A stretch of DNA of 64,000 nt from Lama glama (Eukaryota). Below are positions 26,407 through 40,049 of the stretch, piece after piece; position 1 is the first letter of the stretch; every line of letters begins with the position of its first letter. Position numbers and translations under genes: made by a program. A model generated the notes under the pieces. It was not told the origin of the DNA. It was given only the letters and a program-made list of their open reading frames with translations, and ran no database searches. The stretch lies in contig CM052816.1 of the NCBI GenBank assembly GCA_028534125.1, positions 46,006,001 to 46,070,000 on the forward strand, read 5' to 3'.

Positions 26407-27559
26407 CTGTGCCACTTATCTTGAAAGAATGTTGTTTCTGAAGTCATAGTGCCTATGTGCCATCTGCTCACAGCAGCCTTTACCATCTCTCTACTCAGAG
26501 ACTGAATCCGGTATCTGAATAAATAGATGTGCTCAAAAAAAATCTATCACACCTCCATCTGTGCTTATGGAATATAAATTCAGACATAGGCAGAAATGCA
26601 AATCAATCACAAGTGAAGAGGCTTCTCCATTGCCCAGAGTCACATTTTGAGATGTTGCTCTAATATTCTTGCTTTTCATTTTAGAATCCGCTAACTCACG
26701 ATGCGAGGCTTCTGTGAAATTCTCTCTTCTGCATCTGAAATAGGGTGTCACGTTAGAGGCCTGAACTGCCTTCTCTTTTGTTCCCAGAAAGTTGAAAGAG
26801 AAAACTTCCCAGAACACGTTCACTGCTGATCTTTTGCAGAAATTAGCTCCATGATTTTAATACTTTAGATATTAGTATAATTATCAGAAGCTAATGAGTT
26901 TTTAAAGGTTCCTATGTGAAATCATGATTTTGAAACTTCTCTCCTGCCAGAATTATAACTAGGTTACAGACAACATGACATGATCTATGACCCATTTTTA
27001 CTAATGACTAAAGAATGAAGATACCGCTTCTTATGAATAAGCACTCCTTCTCGAACGTGACAGGGAACTGCAACTGTGAAAGCTCTGAAAATCAGAAAGA
27101 TTAAAACCTCGAACTAAAATTACCCAAATGTTTCACAGATGCCACTATAGTAATATAAATACCATTCTTTGCCTTTGAAAAAGTTATTGGTATCACAATT
27201 ATCATAGATATTTAATACTCTTCCACAGTAGGTGGCTCAATGGAATAGTTTCATCCCCCCTCACCCTACTAGCTCTTCCTCAAGTCAGCTGCAGAAAGTA
27301 AATTTATCTTCTATCTGAAACTCACCTCACTTGATCCATATACCCAGGATAATTCCAGTAATATTTTTTAGGTGGTTTTTTTTTTTTGTATCCAGTTTGT
27401 TCACAAATTTCTCATCAATTCCAAGAGTATGCTAAAACATCTTTCATGATGGTTATGGAATTAATCAAGTAGGAAATAAACTCTTGTTCATTAAAGCTCC
27501 TGTGACCTATTATATGCATAGCCTGATCTCATGGAGGATGCAAGTAACATTTGAATTCA

Positions 27560-28290
27560 ATTCATCTAATCTAAATTATGCATCCACCTTATGAATTGGT
27601 TAGGTTTTAGGAATATAAAGAGGAATGAATACCATACCCAGTCTCTACTCAAGAAGATAAATCTGTAACTAACTATATTAAAATGATAAGTTCCAAACCA
27701 GGCAATTTGAGCAAATCTTGAGAGAGCTCAGAAGAGGGAATGATTCATTCTCTGGAGAGTCAGGAAAGAAAGTTTCGGAAGCCTTCAGATGAATGATATT
27801 TGAATTGGGCTGTGAAGGATGAAAACAGCATCAGTGGGTGGAAAAGAGAGAGAAGGCACGACTCGGCTGTCCTGACTCTATACTTTGAAACAGACTGACA
27901 CCTCCTTGAACTATGCTGTCCTATCTTGTTAAAAATGAGCCTTGGATACCATACCATTTACATTTAAAAAATTTTCCTTCTTAGACTCTTGTATTTTACT
28001 ATTTTACTCCCTTTTCAAATCCCAGATCCCTTGACCTAGTTTTCTGTTACTTGCCCCTACACTTGAAAATAGATGTCTTCACCAATTTTGAACTTTCTGT
28101 TGGTCATGGCTTTAACTCTTTGCAAAAGCACAATGCCCCAGATATCACCCACCTCATGTCCATGCGAAGTTCACATTGGACATCTAGAGGGTACTTGAAT
28201 ATTTTCAGGCAGAGGAAACTATAGGAAAAAGACATGGACAGCAAAGATCAGGATGTGTGTGGCATAAAGCAAGCCATCTGGTGGGGCCAA
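27560..28290 (-). mobile_element. L2 3' region, interrupted at about 27866-28199 by an opposite-strand fragment
   Basis: 'gatatttgaattgggctgtgaaggatgaa...gagagagaagg' resumes as 'tattttcaggcagaggaaactataggaaaaagacatgga'. Confidence 0.6.
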
Positions 28291-29739
28291 ACCTCTCTGT
28301 TCCCTCATGCCTCAGGACATTTGGCAGAATGATGTAACCAGCCCCAAAATAGCAGTGATACTGTGAAATAGCACAGGTAATCCTACCCCAGCAATGCTTT
28401 AGCCCATCCCTCAGAAAATACTAATTATAGACAGAGTATGCACACAAATAGGCTTAACTCCCTAAAGAACCATGACATCATTTCTTCTTAGAGAACATGG
28501 TCTAATCTGTCACTTCTTGATCTAGATTCTGCACATTTAGGGGTCCAGGTTTCTTAAGCACATCTGGAAAAGTTAAACATTTTATAAACTTTGTGATCAT
28601 TAATTTGTAATCGTAGAGTGAACACAAAGGTATTCGGTGACTTGAATCTTGGGTATGTTAGAGCTTGGTTGCTCTTGCCAACCCATTTTATTAGTGATGC
28701 AGTAATGTCCCATCAGATGGGGAGTCAAGGTTGCAGTTAGATTTGCTGATCTTTAATGGTACTTGCATTATCAGATAGACTAAGAGTCTGAAACCCATAT
28801 GCCCCCTCAGGAATAAGAATGTGATGGAGTAGGGCGAGCTTAGAAGGCTTGCAGCAAGACAACTTCTGCAGTGTCTTCTTTGTAGACTAAAAAAGGGAGT
28901 CTGGACTTAGGGCTGTAAATTTGGCACTGTCCATGAGTTCTAAATTGACTTTAAAATGAATGAGGTAATGGAATACTCAGACAGAAGGCTCATCCATTAT
29001 AGAAATACACCTTAAATTGGTCCTTCTTTTGGTAAAGGCTAAGGAATACTTCTAGTTAAAACTTGGCAAGTTATTTGCTTACCAGGTCTTGCTGGGATTT
29101 GAATTAACTGTCAGAGTGATAAAATTTTCCTAGAAACTAAATGAAAAAGCCAACATAAATGTTACAGAAAGCCTTCAAAAATTTCAGAATTAACTGTTTG
29201 ATCTAGTTAGCACCTCTAGTTCTGTTGGTATAGTCCATTTAAAACAGCTTTCTATAAGGGAATAAAGAGTGAAATTGAAGCAAATTACACATATGGCATG
29301 GGCTATCTATTTATGTAATGGAAGAAGAGACAGAAAACAGAGAAAGAAGGAAATTGGAAGAAAAGAGATAGTGCTAAGAAACAAATAAAATGCTCCTTTA
29401 GCAGACCCTAAAGATTCTCAATCAGGTCATTAAGAACAACAACAAATTAAAGAGTGTTTAAAAAACATTCAGAACGCATCTAGTTGAATATAACCCACAT
29501 GCCTCTTTGAGCTTTTCATGTTGGTCAGGAGTTGCTTAGTGAATTGAGACTCTATTAAGTTGCATGTGGTTTCCATTCTCTTATTTTTATAGCTTTCTGG
29601 AATTTACTTTGGATCTTTTGGGACCTGTAACCATTTTCTGGCCTGAAGATGCTGTTGTAAAAAATACCACAAAGATGATCTCTTTTGTATAGCCATCCCA
29701 TCACGCTAAAATCCTGGAATCTTTATTCAACATTGATAT

Positions 29740-29910
29740 GTCATAATTTAATCCTCACAACTAACTTATAAAGTTGTTACTCATATCTCTATTTTGTCAC
29801 TCATTTGAGGCTTTTAAAGATTGAATAACTTGGCCAAGTAAGTGGTACAGCAGCTTCAGACCCAGAATGTCTGAATATAATTCCTGTACTCTTTCCTCTA
29901 GATCACATAC
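29740..29910 (-). mobile_element. MIR SINE
   Basis: 'atttaatcctcacaacta...gttgaataacttggccaag...cagacccagaatgtctgaatataattcctgtactcttt'. Confidence 0.65.
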
Positions 29911-32685
29911 ATGCTATTAAGTTCTTATAGCTTCATTTATATGTAGGAATCTTTTTGCAGTTGCATTATTAGAATTTAAAAAGATTACATTGATCATTGA
30001 ACATCTCTTTGCCTTCCCTTGACCCCAAGGATCATGTTTGCCTTGAGGGGACAAATACTAAGGTGAAAAGTTATGACATGAAATTTTGTTATTAAACTTT
30101 TAATATTGTAAAATTTATTGGTCACTGTCAAATCATGAAAATTTAAAGACAAAGTAATGCTTACTTTAACTTCCAGGTTTTAATTTTTCTTGTTTTAAAT
30201 TCAAAATGTATATGTGTGCGTGTGTGTGTGTGCGTATGCAAATATATATGCAAAAAATTCCAAACAGTAAAGAAGTTATAATAGCAACTCTTCCTCCCTT
30301 GCTCTGCATCCCCAATTTTCAGGTTAAAATTTTTGTGTATATTTCGAGAAAAATTTTATGTGTACACTGCAGACATAAAATGTTTCTCTCCTTTTTAACA
30401 TTATATTTTGGTGATATTTGCATTATCAAGTCTGTAGCTTCTCTTGCTATTCACAACTGCAGAGTATTTCATTTATAGGTAGATTGAAATTGATTTAACC
30501 CACTTATTACTGCTTGACATTTAGAGATTTTTTTTCAGACTTGTGTTCGTCCTAAATATGCTGCAATAAACATCATTGTTCTTATTTCTTTGTTTATAGA
30601 TGCATATATACATGCTGGATAAATGCCTTGAAGTGGCTTTAATGTGTCAAAGGCTTGTTTGAGTTTATGATTAGATATGTCTGACTGAATTTTCCTTCTA
30701 TATATGCCTATTTTCTAGTTCAGTTATAATTCATAAAAATTTACATGCATTTATTATAAGTATAAATTATCATATTTAATAAACTTTATAAAATATTTTT
30801 AAAATTCTTCAAGTTGTGAGGTTTGGGGCATAGGATATTTTAATTTTTATGTAGTCAAATTTATTAATATTTTCTAATGTTTCTGAATGGTTACTCTTAT
30901 TTAGACAGAGTATTTTCATATCAAAACTGTTTTAATGTAATTTTTAGTACTTTTAAACTTTTACTTATACATTTAAATCTTTGATATATATACAATTTGT
31001 TGGGGTCTGCTCTTGAGGCAATAACCAGCTTTTTTTTTTTTATGGCTAGCTTGTTAATTGGGACACCAACATCGTCTATTAAGAAAGCTATTTTTTTTCA
31101 CTGATTTGAAAAGCCAACTTTATCATACAGCAAATTCTCATATGTATTTCTGTTTATTTCTTGTCTTCTTTTTTCATTTAATTGATCAGTCTACTTATTC
31201 AGACACTAGTATCACTTAGTCGTATTGAAATATATTTTACTATCTTACCAAGGTATTCTCCTTTACTACTTTTTATTTTTTCAGAAACACTGCCAATTTT
31301 TTCATGTTTATTTTTACATAAGAAATTTAGAATCAGCTAGCTATTTCCAAAAATAATACTTTTGGTATTTTATTTGGATCATGTGAAATCTGTAGATTAA
31401 TTTAGTTTGAACTTACATTTTTAAAATACTAAGTCTTTCTGTGCAGGAATAAGTTTTGTCTTTTTTTCCTTTTGAAGTTTAGAAATACATATCCTTTAGT
31501 AGAGTTAATTTTTTTTCATATTTTGTGACTACATACCTAGATATGTATTCTTATTTTAAAAATGAGATTCTTATTTCTCTATATTTTAAAGCTGGGTATA
31601 TTTATTTCCAGAAAAGCAGTACATTTTGATAACTATTTATTTGAATTTTTCCCCCTCAGTAAATTTTTCTATTGCTTTTAATTTTCATTGTTTTAAGTTT
31701 TCCAGTTGTAAAATCATCTTAAAGAAAATGTTGTTTCATCCTTTCCAGTATTTATATCTCTTATATTTAAGATCACTTTAAGTTTCTAAAAAATTTTAAA
31801 GTGCATCATCTGCTACTTCTAGGATAATATTAAATGCTTAAATAATAGTGATAATGATAAGCATCCTGTTTTATTGTTGTGAATTTAATGAGGATGCTTC
31901 CAATATTTCACTATTCTCATGGATTTTGCTTTCAGACATATCAAACAGACTATAAAGTTGTATAAAATACCAATTATTTTATGGAATTTTATTAAGAATT
32001 TTAAAAATCAAGATTAGGTATTTTTGTTAAATAACTTTTTGCTATTACAGAGATAATCATGTGCTTTTATTTTCTTACTGTTTAATATTTTAATATACAT
32101 TGATAGATTTTATATAAGGTTGTTTTTAATTTATATTCCTTGAATAAACCTTAATCATGTTACGTCCTTCTAATATTCTGAGAATTTCCTCCTTTTGTTT
32201 TGTATACAAAAATAGTATGGGGCTATACTTTTTTTCCCTGTTAAAACATTAGTTTTACATTGGCTTCATAAAGGAATTTGGAAGCTGTATGTTTTTGTGC
32301 TTTCTAGAATATTTTAAATTGCTTTGTATTTTCTATTCCTTAGGGCATGGCTAGAATTCATCACTAAAACTCTGTATTAGGAAAGGTTTGGCTTATTTAG
32401 GAATAGGAATGAATAAGTATTTTTCTTAATTTTTCCCCCAAGAAAATTGGAAAATTTATCATCCTCTAATTTGACTTCTGTTGTCTTTAGGACCAATTTT
32501 GCTATTTCTGTTACCGTAATAAAGCATTCATTCTATTCAGACTTGCAAATTTATCTTCAGGTGTGACAAGTATTTTCTAATACTTAGTTTTATTTTCTCT
32601 GCATCTGTATTTGCTAACAAATTCTATTTTTTTCCTATTTATTTATTATATGTGCTTTCTCCTTATCTTATTTTTCCAAGATCAT

Positions 32686-32965
32686 TTTATATATACACAC
32701 ATACACGTAAATACATACACACACAGGGACATGCATACATATATTTAGTTTCATATATATATATATATATAGTGGTATATAACGTGTATAATAATAGTAT
32801 GTATATATAATATGTAGTCACTAACACATTCAGTTTTTCTTTTTTATTATATTTGCTTTTCCTCTAATATTCTTCAATATTAACTACATACATGTATATT
32901 TAGTGTATGCATATATTAATAATATATATTCAGTTATATATGATACATATTTATATGCACACACC
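32686..32965. repeat. (TA)/(CA)-rich low-complexity tract inside L1ME
   Basis: read directly. Confidence 0.85.
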
Positions 32966-34059
32966 AATTAGTGAGTTTGCTGTTTTACTTTTTTCATTTT
33001 CCAATTTATTAATTTTGCATTTATCACTAGTTATTCCTTCCTCTTGCTTTCCTTAATTTCATGTTGTTGCAACTTTTTAAATTTCCTTAGTAGAATATTT
33101 TATTAAATTATTTCATCCTTGGTTGTTGAGAAAGATAATTATTAAAACCTATAAATTTTCATTTGATCATAATCTTAGTTAATTTTCATAGATTCTGATG
33201 TATAATAACTTGTTTATGCTATTTTCTTGATATTCTACATTTTTGCTTAATTTTTTTGCATTAGTTGCTGAACATAGAACTGCTAAATCTTTAAGTAATT
33301 GGTATATTAGTTTTTCCTTTTTTGTTACTGTAATTGTAGTGCATTATAAGCAATTTTTCTAAAAATTAATCTATTTTAAAAAATCACTTTCAGTTTTCTT
33401 TATAACCTAATCTGTATGCTATTTTACACATGAAGATTGATGTATTTTATTAGGGATGTCTGTATACATTTATTTGGTCACTTGAACCAAATCAAAGATC
33501 AAGTTAAAAATGCTGTGCTGCTATTATATATCTTCTATTTTCACTGACGTGCCTGTTTTAACTGCTTTAGTGTTCTTTCTCCTCCTTGATTTCAGCTAGT
33601 ACTAATATCACACATTTTGCTTTCTTTTTTGTTAGCATTTTCTTCATATATCTTTGCCTTCTCATTTCTTGTATTACTTTAAAGCCACAGTATTTTAAAA
33701 CTTTAATTTGCTGTGGGATCAGCTTTCCTTGATGATCAAATTAGAAAATCTCTTATTCTTAATAGGTTATTTTATTCTGTTTACCTTCATTGATATGAGA
33801 CATATGATTCATCTTTGTACTATATCTGATTTATATTTCATGTTTCCTTATTTTCAGTCTTTTGCTGAACAGTCTGTATTTTATTGTGCTTTCTTTTTGT
33901 GTGCTTTTTTTGTGTGTGATTATTTGGAATGTGTATTGACTTTTAAGTTCTTGTAATTTAACTATACTAAAAGGTGTTTCTTAATTTATTAACTTTAGAA
34001 AATTCACTGAATTTCTACATCAGAAGCTAAAATTAGCTCACTTTTGTTAGTCTCACCTA

Positions 34060-34060
34060 C

Positions 34061-34093
<33 letters not shown>
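34060..34093. repeat. (TA)n microsatellite
   Basis: read directly. Confidence 0.95.
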
Positions 34094-35489
34094 GTAGTTT
34101 TGGTTGATTTTATGATTATTTTTAACTTTTATTGGCAGAATTTATTTTACAAAATTAGCAATTTTCTGTTGAGTTCTCACTTGGGAAATAACTGTGCAGT
34201 CACTTCATCAAACTTCCCCTTCTCTCAATCTCTCAGTTTTGTTTATATTATTATACAACTAACATATAATAATAGTAATACCCACATTTCTTTATCATTT
34301 CACTGTGAATGGGATCAGTGCTCACCGTTACCATATTCTATCTCAAGTTTTCATTCCTAGTCTTTATTTTGACTCACCTCTGTCAGACTGGAGTTCATGA
34401 TTAAGTAGTTCTTGAGTGTGCTTGAATGGGGATTGTATAGCCTGGGCTCTGTGTAATTTGTCTCTTGCCTTAATTATTAAAAGACAATTTATTGGGGAAT
34501 AAAAAAATACGGCTGCCTTTTCTTACCCTCAACAATTTTCTCTCAGCTTTGTTTTTTCTCTAATTAGTTGTATATTTTATTTGTGTTGTCTGACTAGGAT
34601 TAGTTCGTTATACTTGAAGTCCAGCACTGCTCCAGGATGTGTTATGATGTTCTTTGATCCATGTCACTCTTTTCTTTATGATAGAATTTAAAATTTTAAT
34701 ACACAAATTCAGATCTTTAGTATTTCAGTGTTTCAGAGGTCTTTTTAAGAAACTTAGTTATTTTCCTTAGAAATATGAACTATATATGTTTATGCATGAT
34801 ATGCACTTATATATAGACTTTATCTCTGCTATCTTTTATATGTAAACATTTCTTTTCCCCATTCAATTATTTTGTATTTATTCAAGTTGATCTACCGTAT
34901 GACCCATTGTGTTTTCCACATCATCTCAACATTTTGTTCTTTTGATGTGCCTTTATTTACAAAATGATATAGCTCAAGTTCCAGTTATATTTTTAGCATT
35001 TAAAATTTTTTTTGATGCCTTCTTTTGCTGTTTTCCTTGATTTCATGTATCTCTTCTTTGAACTCTTTAAAAAAAAAAAAAAGAAAAACAGTTTTCTTTC
35101 TTTAAGCCATGGTGAAGAAGGGTTTTTTTCCAAGGCTCTTTATTCTCTTCCATTACACGGATTATCTTCTGATGCCCAATCCCATGCCAGTCTCCTTCTG
35201 AATATTATCGCTGTTAAGTGGGGGCAGCTCACATGATTCAGCTTTTTCGTCGTGACATGAATAAAGGGAAAGGAGGCTTGATGAACTAGGGGATTTACTG
35301 CTTCAACTTGGATATTTTTATTGTAAGCTCTACTGGGACGTCTGCCTTATTGAAATAACTCTACAGCAGGAACAGTATTTTTTCTGTTTTATGCTGAGCA
35401 AAATATCTGCATGGCTCTCAGTGATGCATGCTGAGGAATATTTGTGCAGTCATGTGCCTTGTTCATCCAAGAATAGAAATGATCTCAGC

Positions 35490-35718
35490 TGGAGGCATCA
35501 TGGTGTAGTGGTTACAGGCACAGGCTTTAAGCACCAGATAGCCTTCCTGGGTTAAATCTTCACTTAACAGCTCCATGCTATTGAAGAAGTAGGCGTTCCT
35601 CTGTGAGCTGCTCACCTGCATCTGCTTCACAGACTTATTGTGAATGTCAGTGACATAATGTGTTTAGGGCACTTGGTACATAATAAGCACTCAATTAGAC
35701 TTCACTAACACTATTATC
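35490..35718 (+). mobile_element. MIR SINE, near full length
   Basis: 'ggcatcatggtgtagtggttacaggcacaggcttt...cctgggttaaatc...gcacttggtacataataagcactcaatt'. Confidence 0.8.
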
Positions 35719-35744
35719 AAGACATAGTTTACTTAATGCTGAGG

Positions 35745-35920
35745 ACTTCTTGGGTTCAAGCACCAGCTCTGCAACTTACTAGCTGTCTAACATTGTGTAA
35801 TTTAATTAAACTTTCTGAACCTTTGCTTCCTCATATGCAGTATTAATACCTACTTCATAGAGTACAGTGGAGGCTTTATACAGTATGTGGCATATAGTAG
35901 GGACTCAGTAGCTTTATTGA
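35745..35920 (+). mobile_element. second MIR SINE in tandem
   Basis: 'tgggttcaagcaccagctctgcaacttactagctgt...cttcctcatatgcag...atacctacttcatagagt...ggcatatagtagggactcagta'. Confidence 0.8.
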
Positions 35921-36538
35921 CAATCATAGCCCTTTAGTCCACAGGAGAGCTTAATTTGGCATAGAATCAGAGTATATTTTAATCTTGATCCATTCATGAG
36001 CATTAAATAATGCCTGAACATATGTTCTCAAGGGGTTTATGACATGTGAGCATTCACCCCAGTATCTAGCACACTAATAACTGAGTAAATGACTATAGAT
36101 TGAATAAATATATTAATAGAAGGAGTGATGTGACATTGGTACCAAGTCCCCCCAGACCCTCTTTTATATTGTGAAAAGGAAATTGAGTTCAATTTTTCAA
36201 GGTTTCCTATTTGATGATCTGATCTTATTTATATCCTATCTTTGTTTTCAGCAACTTGTTTTTCTTTCTGTTTCCATTTTAACAATACCAGTTATCTACA
36301 GGAATATAGCATGGATTGATAGGAACTTGAAGTCCTCTGAATTCCAATATAAAGATTGTTGTTATCTCCTAGAATCAATCCTCTAATTCAGCTTTAATAC
36401 TGTTAAGGATTGCCTTAATTACAGCCCATCTAGGTGAGTTGAATGGTTCACAATATTTACTTAAAACATTAGCCCGATATGGAAAACTTTCAGTTTCATA
36501 TTTTCCACTTTATTTGACTCATCTTTATTTGTTTGCAG

Positions 36539-36564
36539 TCACTGATGTATCCTTAGTTTAATAC
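36539..36564 (+). other. candidate 26-nt micro-exon with stops in all frames (unverified)
   Basis: tttgactcatctttatttgtttgcag|TCACTGATGTATCCTTAGTTTAATAC|gtaagt. Confidence 0.3.
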
Positions 36565-37019
36565 GTAAGTGGCTTTATGTCTCCTAACAGTGGTCATGCT
36601 TCGTTTCCCCAGCTGTGATAGTATGGCCGGTCTGTGTGTTAATTCTTGTTTAACCAGCTTACTGCAGCTATTATCCTTATTATTGTTATCATTACTGTTC
36701 ACTGAGTGCTGAAAGCCTATTCAGCACTTACAAATACATAAATGAAGTGTAGCTTCTGCCCTGGCAGCTCCTATCCTGGATGCTACAACTGATATCACAA
36801 AAAAAGAAAGAAATAGTGTAAGAATACAATGAATTTCGGTCGTCCAGGGTTAACACCATTTCATACTCAGTTAGTGTTATTTCTGAGTACCTCTCTTGGA
36901 CTGCATCAAGGTCTTTGAGGAATATAAAAAGTAAAGGGCATATGGAAAAATTTGCAATTTAGTTTGGAAAACCAAATACGTGTTTACACTATGACTACAC
37001 AAAAATTACCGGGTTCCCT

Positions 37020-37145
37020 GTGCTAGTCAATAAATACGCATTGAGCCTCTGCTAAATGCTAGGAACAAAGGCAGAGGCTCAGCATACAAAAACGGTTAAG
37101 ACATTGTCTCTTTGCTTTCAAAGAACTATGAGTTTGATGAGCGAG
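37020..37145 (-). mobile_element. L2 3' terminus
   Basis: 'tcaataaatacgcattgagcctctgctaaatgctaggaac...aagacattgtctctttgctttcaaagaact'. Confidence 0.65.
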
Positions 37146-37204
37146 AACATGTCACTTGATACTGCTACTGCCGCCGCCGCCGCTGTTAGTGCTACTACAA
37201 GCTG

Positions 37205-37375
37205 AGGTTTCTTGCAGTTACTTTATGGGCAGCTACCCTTTTACATGCATTTCATTTTCTAACCCACATAATTCCCAAAATAACTTTGCTGAGTATGTTA
37301 TTCTCATTTTACAGATGAGGAAACTAAGGCACAAAGTGTTGAGGTAACAGTCCAGGTCATCTAATGAGTAAGATA
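37205..37375 (-). mobile_element. MIR SINE
   Basis: 'ttctcattttacagatgaggaaactaaggcacaaagtgttgaggtaac' is the canonical antisense MIR core; it explains the ORF end LQMRKLRHKVLR. Confidence 0.85.
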
Positions 37376-38250
37376 AACCATGTATATAGGACTAATGAAA
37401 TCAAAGTGAAGGTGAGATAATGAAGGTTAGGAATTAGGAAACTGGTTTTGAAAGAGCTTAATTTTTAGCACAATCTCAAGGGAATGATAAGATAAGGACT
37501 TTCCAGGTGGGAGGAGGGCAGCTGTCAGTGTAGTGTGAAGAGGCATGGAGAAGAATGAACAGGTTGAGAGGTAAAGGGAAACAGGACTTGGTTTTGGTCA
37601 AGATTTTAAAGGAATCATGAATGAAATTCTTCTGAAAAGTCAAGAGAGAAACCTGAGTGAAATAAACTAAGATAACATTTCTCCCCACTGAAGTGTTCCC
37701 TGCCTATTTTGGAGAAACTTGGGCTGAATGTCCAGGCAACATTTGAGAAGTGACCTGACAGAACTAAAAGCTCTGTTGTTTTCCTAGTGTCTGATAGTGC
37801 CACAGAGTCACTATTCAGGGCTGGGACATTCTTTTCAGACTATCACTCTTAATACTGCAGACAACATGAGAAAGAACACAGAACCAAGCTGTTATCTCTA
37901 TTGACACTTAGTGCCCATTAACTCATTTGTGAGTTTATTGGCTCACTTAAGTTAATAGATCTCAGTGACAGAATGCTAAGCAGGGCAAGTGATTTTAATG
38001 GAGGTGAGAGCATATTGTAGGATTGCTAAATCACGGGACACTAGCTAAGCAATGGAAACTGCAATGTGATGAACAGTCAGAAAAATTGAAAGGCGAAGCA
38101 AAAGGCTGAGGGTGAGTCCCACCAATTTTGTGAGTTTGCCTAGAGCTGGCCCTGAGAAAAGAAAGGACAGATCTTTCAGTAATGTGCATCATTAGTAGGG
38201 CAGAAAGTGAAAGAGGTATTACTCCTGAGTTTTTTATAGAAGATTCTTCT

Positions 38251-38410
38251 GCGGTGGTGTGCCGTGGCCAGCTGATAACAGTTTATGAGAACCAGTTGTT
38301 AATTTTACAAAAACTGTGGGAGCCAGTTCATAAACTGTTGCTAGATTAAAGTTAACATGGTGGGAGTACTTACACCATGGAAGGTGGCAAATGTTACAAA
38401 TCAAGCTTTC
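38251..38410. mobile_element. MER63-like (hAT-Blackjack) DNA transposon relic
   Basis: 'cggtggtgtgccgtggccagct...gagaaccagttgttaatttt...catggtgggagtacttacaccatggaaggtggcaaatgttacaaatcaag'. Confidence 0.7.
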
Positions 38411-40049
38411 CACCTTCCCATCTTCCCCAACCCTCCCCTCACCCCCCAAAGCACATACCCTCTTTGTGGTGGATTGAAAGCTAAGGAAGGAAAGTGAAGA
38501 CATGAGGTTCAATTAGCATGCCATGGACTTTGAATGACAAACTCTTTTCACTGTGGTAAGAGGAATTAGAGCTGATTCATGGGGGTGAAGAGAGAATACC
38601 CTCCTGCCCCATTGTACAGTGGAATCATATCAGGAAACACAAACAGCCTTGCTTGATATTTTTAGTTTCCTGCCTTTCTAAGAATGCATGGTACCATAGA
38701 GGCTGTGATTCACTAGAGTGAAGAAGGTACAGTGTCTAGGAAGGATGCGAGGTGGACCTTTAGGGTGCCAGTGGGGAGGGATTTAGAAAGCTGAAACGTG
38801 GAGGGCTGTTATTGATTCAACAGTTTATGAAACCACAGTGGCTGAGGCAATGTAAACTATATTTCCTTGCAAAGTGGTTGCTTCTCCACCTTCCACTTAA
38901 ATTCTCGTTCTTCCAACTCTTCCCCCATTTTGACTTCATTTAGTTTTTGGAATGACTTTAGACCGGGGAGTATCAGGGAAAGGGGGAAAGGAAAGATTTA
39001 TAAAAGGCCTCTGAGAAGAACAAAAACAGACTGTTGGGAAAAAAGGTAGTAGGGGAAGAAAAAGTGTACCAATACCTTTTAGCATCCAATTAGTAAAGAG
39101 CCTTGAAATTTTCAACTTGAGAGGAATAAAGCCACTTAAGCAGATGGGGGAAAATAAAAGTTAGATGAAACTATAAAATATTCCAGTTACTAAACTGAAG
39201 AAACCGTTAGTGGAGCTCCTCCTTTCATTTAAACAGCATGAATAAGACTTACTCAATAATAAATTCTTATCCTGCAAGCTGTTTGTAGAGTCAAGGAGCC
39301 TATCTCATGCAGGTGTTCCATGTGTGAAGTGCCAAAACAGATAATAGAGGCCCCAGACATACCATATTGTGGTTAGAGGGAATGCTAAACCCAAAGACAC
39401 AGGTAAGAAAAATAAGGGGTTTTCAAAACAAAAGTATGTTTGTGCTTTGGTGCTGTTTTAAAGTGATTCTGTTTGTTTTAATCAGTTACACTTTCTGTGT
39501 CATAAATTCCATATGTATATTAATTATGCTAGTAAAATTTGAGTTTAATTGCAAGGAGAGAGCTTGTGAGTTCTGTGAGAAGATACAGATTTTCCTAAAG
39601 GATACAAACTCAACTTCAGGCAGGTCATTACAAATGAAATTTACTGTAGAAATTATTTGCAGAATAGCTTAAGGGCTTGATTTGGCATGCCCATGAATGC
39701 AGAGCTCCTGGAGAAGTTATGGAAACTTATAGCTCTGTAAATGCCAGCTGTTGAAGGCAGCCTGCACATGATCTGAGTAGAGGAAGAAAGAAAATGAAGA
39801 TATGAAAGAGGAAAATAAATGGAAGCACATAGAAATACCAGGCTACATATCTGGTTTCCACAAAAGACTATGGCAAAAAAACAGGTTGGATACTGCTTAG
39901 GAGAGATGGGAAACTTTTTTTTCCCATAATGAGAATGATTAAAGGTATCACTGCTGCCAACGTGGGCTTGGAGGCCCAGGGACTTCATTTATATAACCAT
40001 CAAGTCAGTCTTGTTCATTGGTACTTCTGCAGCCACTGTTAAGTATACA

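Larger units (their letters stand above)
30170..35050 (-). mobile_element. long, highly decayed L1ME-type element (3'UTR, ORF2, probably into ORF1)
   Basis: T-rich strand with antisense L1 ORF2 motifs: 'ttttaatttttatgtagtcaaatttattaat', 'tttagaatcagctag', 'aatctgtagattaatttag', 'aataatagtgataatgataagcatcctgt', 'ttggcttcataaaggaatttggaag'; the right boundary is uncertain. Confidence 0.8.

Noticed and set aside
37156..37347. ORF MILLLPPPPLLVLLQAE... resembling a signal peptide
   Set aside because: It is made from a short (CTA/GCC)n repeat plus an antisense MIR core.
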